DNA of 62,951 nucleotides, counting the filler, from Octopus bimaculoides (taxonomy: Eukaryota): the NCBI RefSeq assembly GCF_001194135.2. It is 4 parts of 4 records of this genome, joined end to end, with 100 filler letters (N's around TTAATTAATTAA, not from the genome) between each part and the next. Parts side by side here need not be neighbours in the genome. Positions count along the whole stretch, not along the records: positions 53,907 to 62,951 come from NC_068989.1; 3 more parts are not named here. One strand, 5' to 3'. Below the pieces are notes generated by a model. It did not search any database and was not told the origin of the DNA. It was given only the letters and a program-made list of their open reading frames with translations. The first letter of the stretch is position 1. The number at the start of each line of letters is the position of its first letter. Below are positions 62,661 to 62,951 of this stretch, one piece after another. The translations under genes were made by a program, and so were the position numbers.

Positions 62661-62951
62661 TAATAGTTATATACATTCATATGTACGTACGTAGTATGTA
62701 GGTTTGTATGTATGTATACACGTACGTATGTATGTTTGTATGCTATGTATGTTTGTATACATGTATGTATGTTTATTTGTATGTATGCATGCATGTACGG
62801 TATGTATGTTTGTATGTGTGTATGTATGTATGTTTGTTTGTATGTATGTTTGTATGTGTGTATGTATGTTTGTATGTATATACATACGTACGTATGTATG
62901 TATGTATGTATGTTTGTATGTATGTATGTACGTATGTATGTATATATGTAT

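Overview
AT-rich, microsatellite-dense eukaryotic DNA. The SINE, LINE and simple-repeat content looks like a coleoid cephalopod (octopus-like); this is inferred from the repeat landscape only. Three artificial 100-bp spacers (44N-TTAATTAATTAA-44N) divide the window into four segments (1-22910, 23011-42709, 42810-53806, 53907-62951), so adjacency across them is unproven. Two protein-coding genes are recognisable, arranged head-to-head about 1 kb apart. On the minus strand is an RRBP1/kinectin-like ER membrane protein exon (ATG 46521). On the plus strand is the first coding exon of enolase-phosphatase E1 (ENOPH1, ATG 47530). The rest is mostly repeats: two mariner remnants, one maT/DD37D-like remnant, three R4/Dong-type LINE 3' fragments, a Tx1/L1-like ORF1 (CCHC knuckle), many copies of two tRNA-derived SINE families, Penelope-like termini with hammerhead-ribozyme-like cores, foldback elements, Helitron-like ends and microsatellites. 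A few orphan candidate exons cannot be assigned to any gene. I see no clearly demonstrable new biological system. The best leads are an apparently ORF1-only Tx1-like element joined directly to a SINE Pol III head, the hammerhead-like motifs, a possibly truncated and polyadenylated RRBP1 form, and tandem amplification of Pol III promoter segments inside SINEs.
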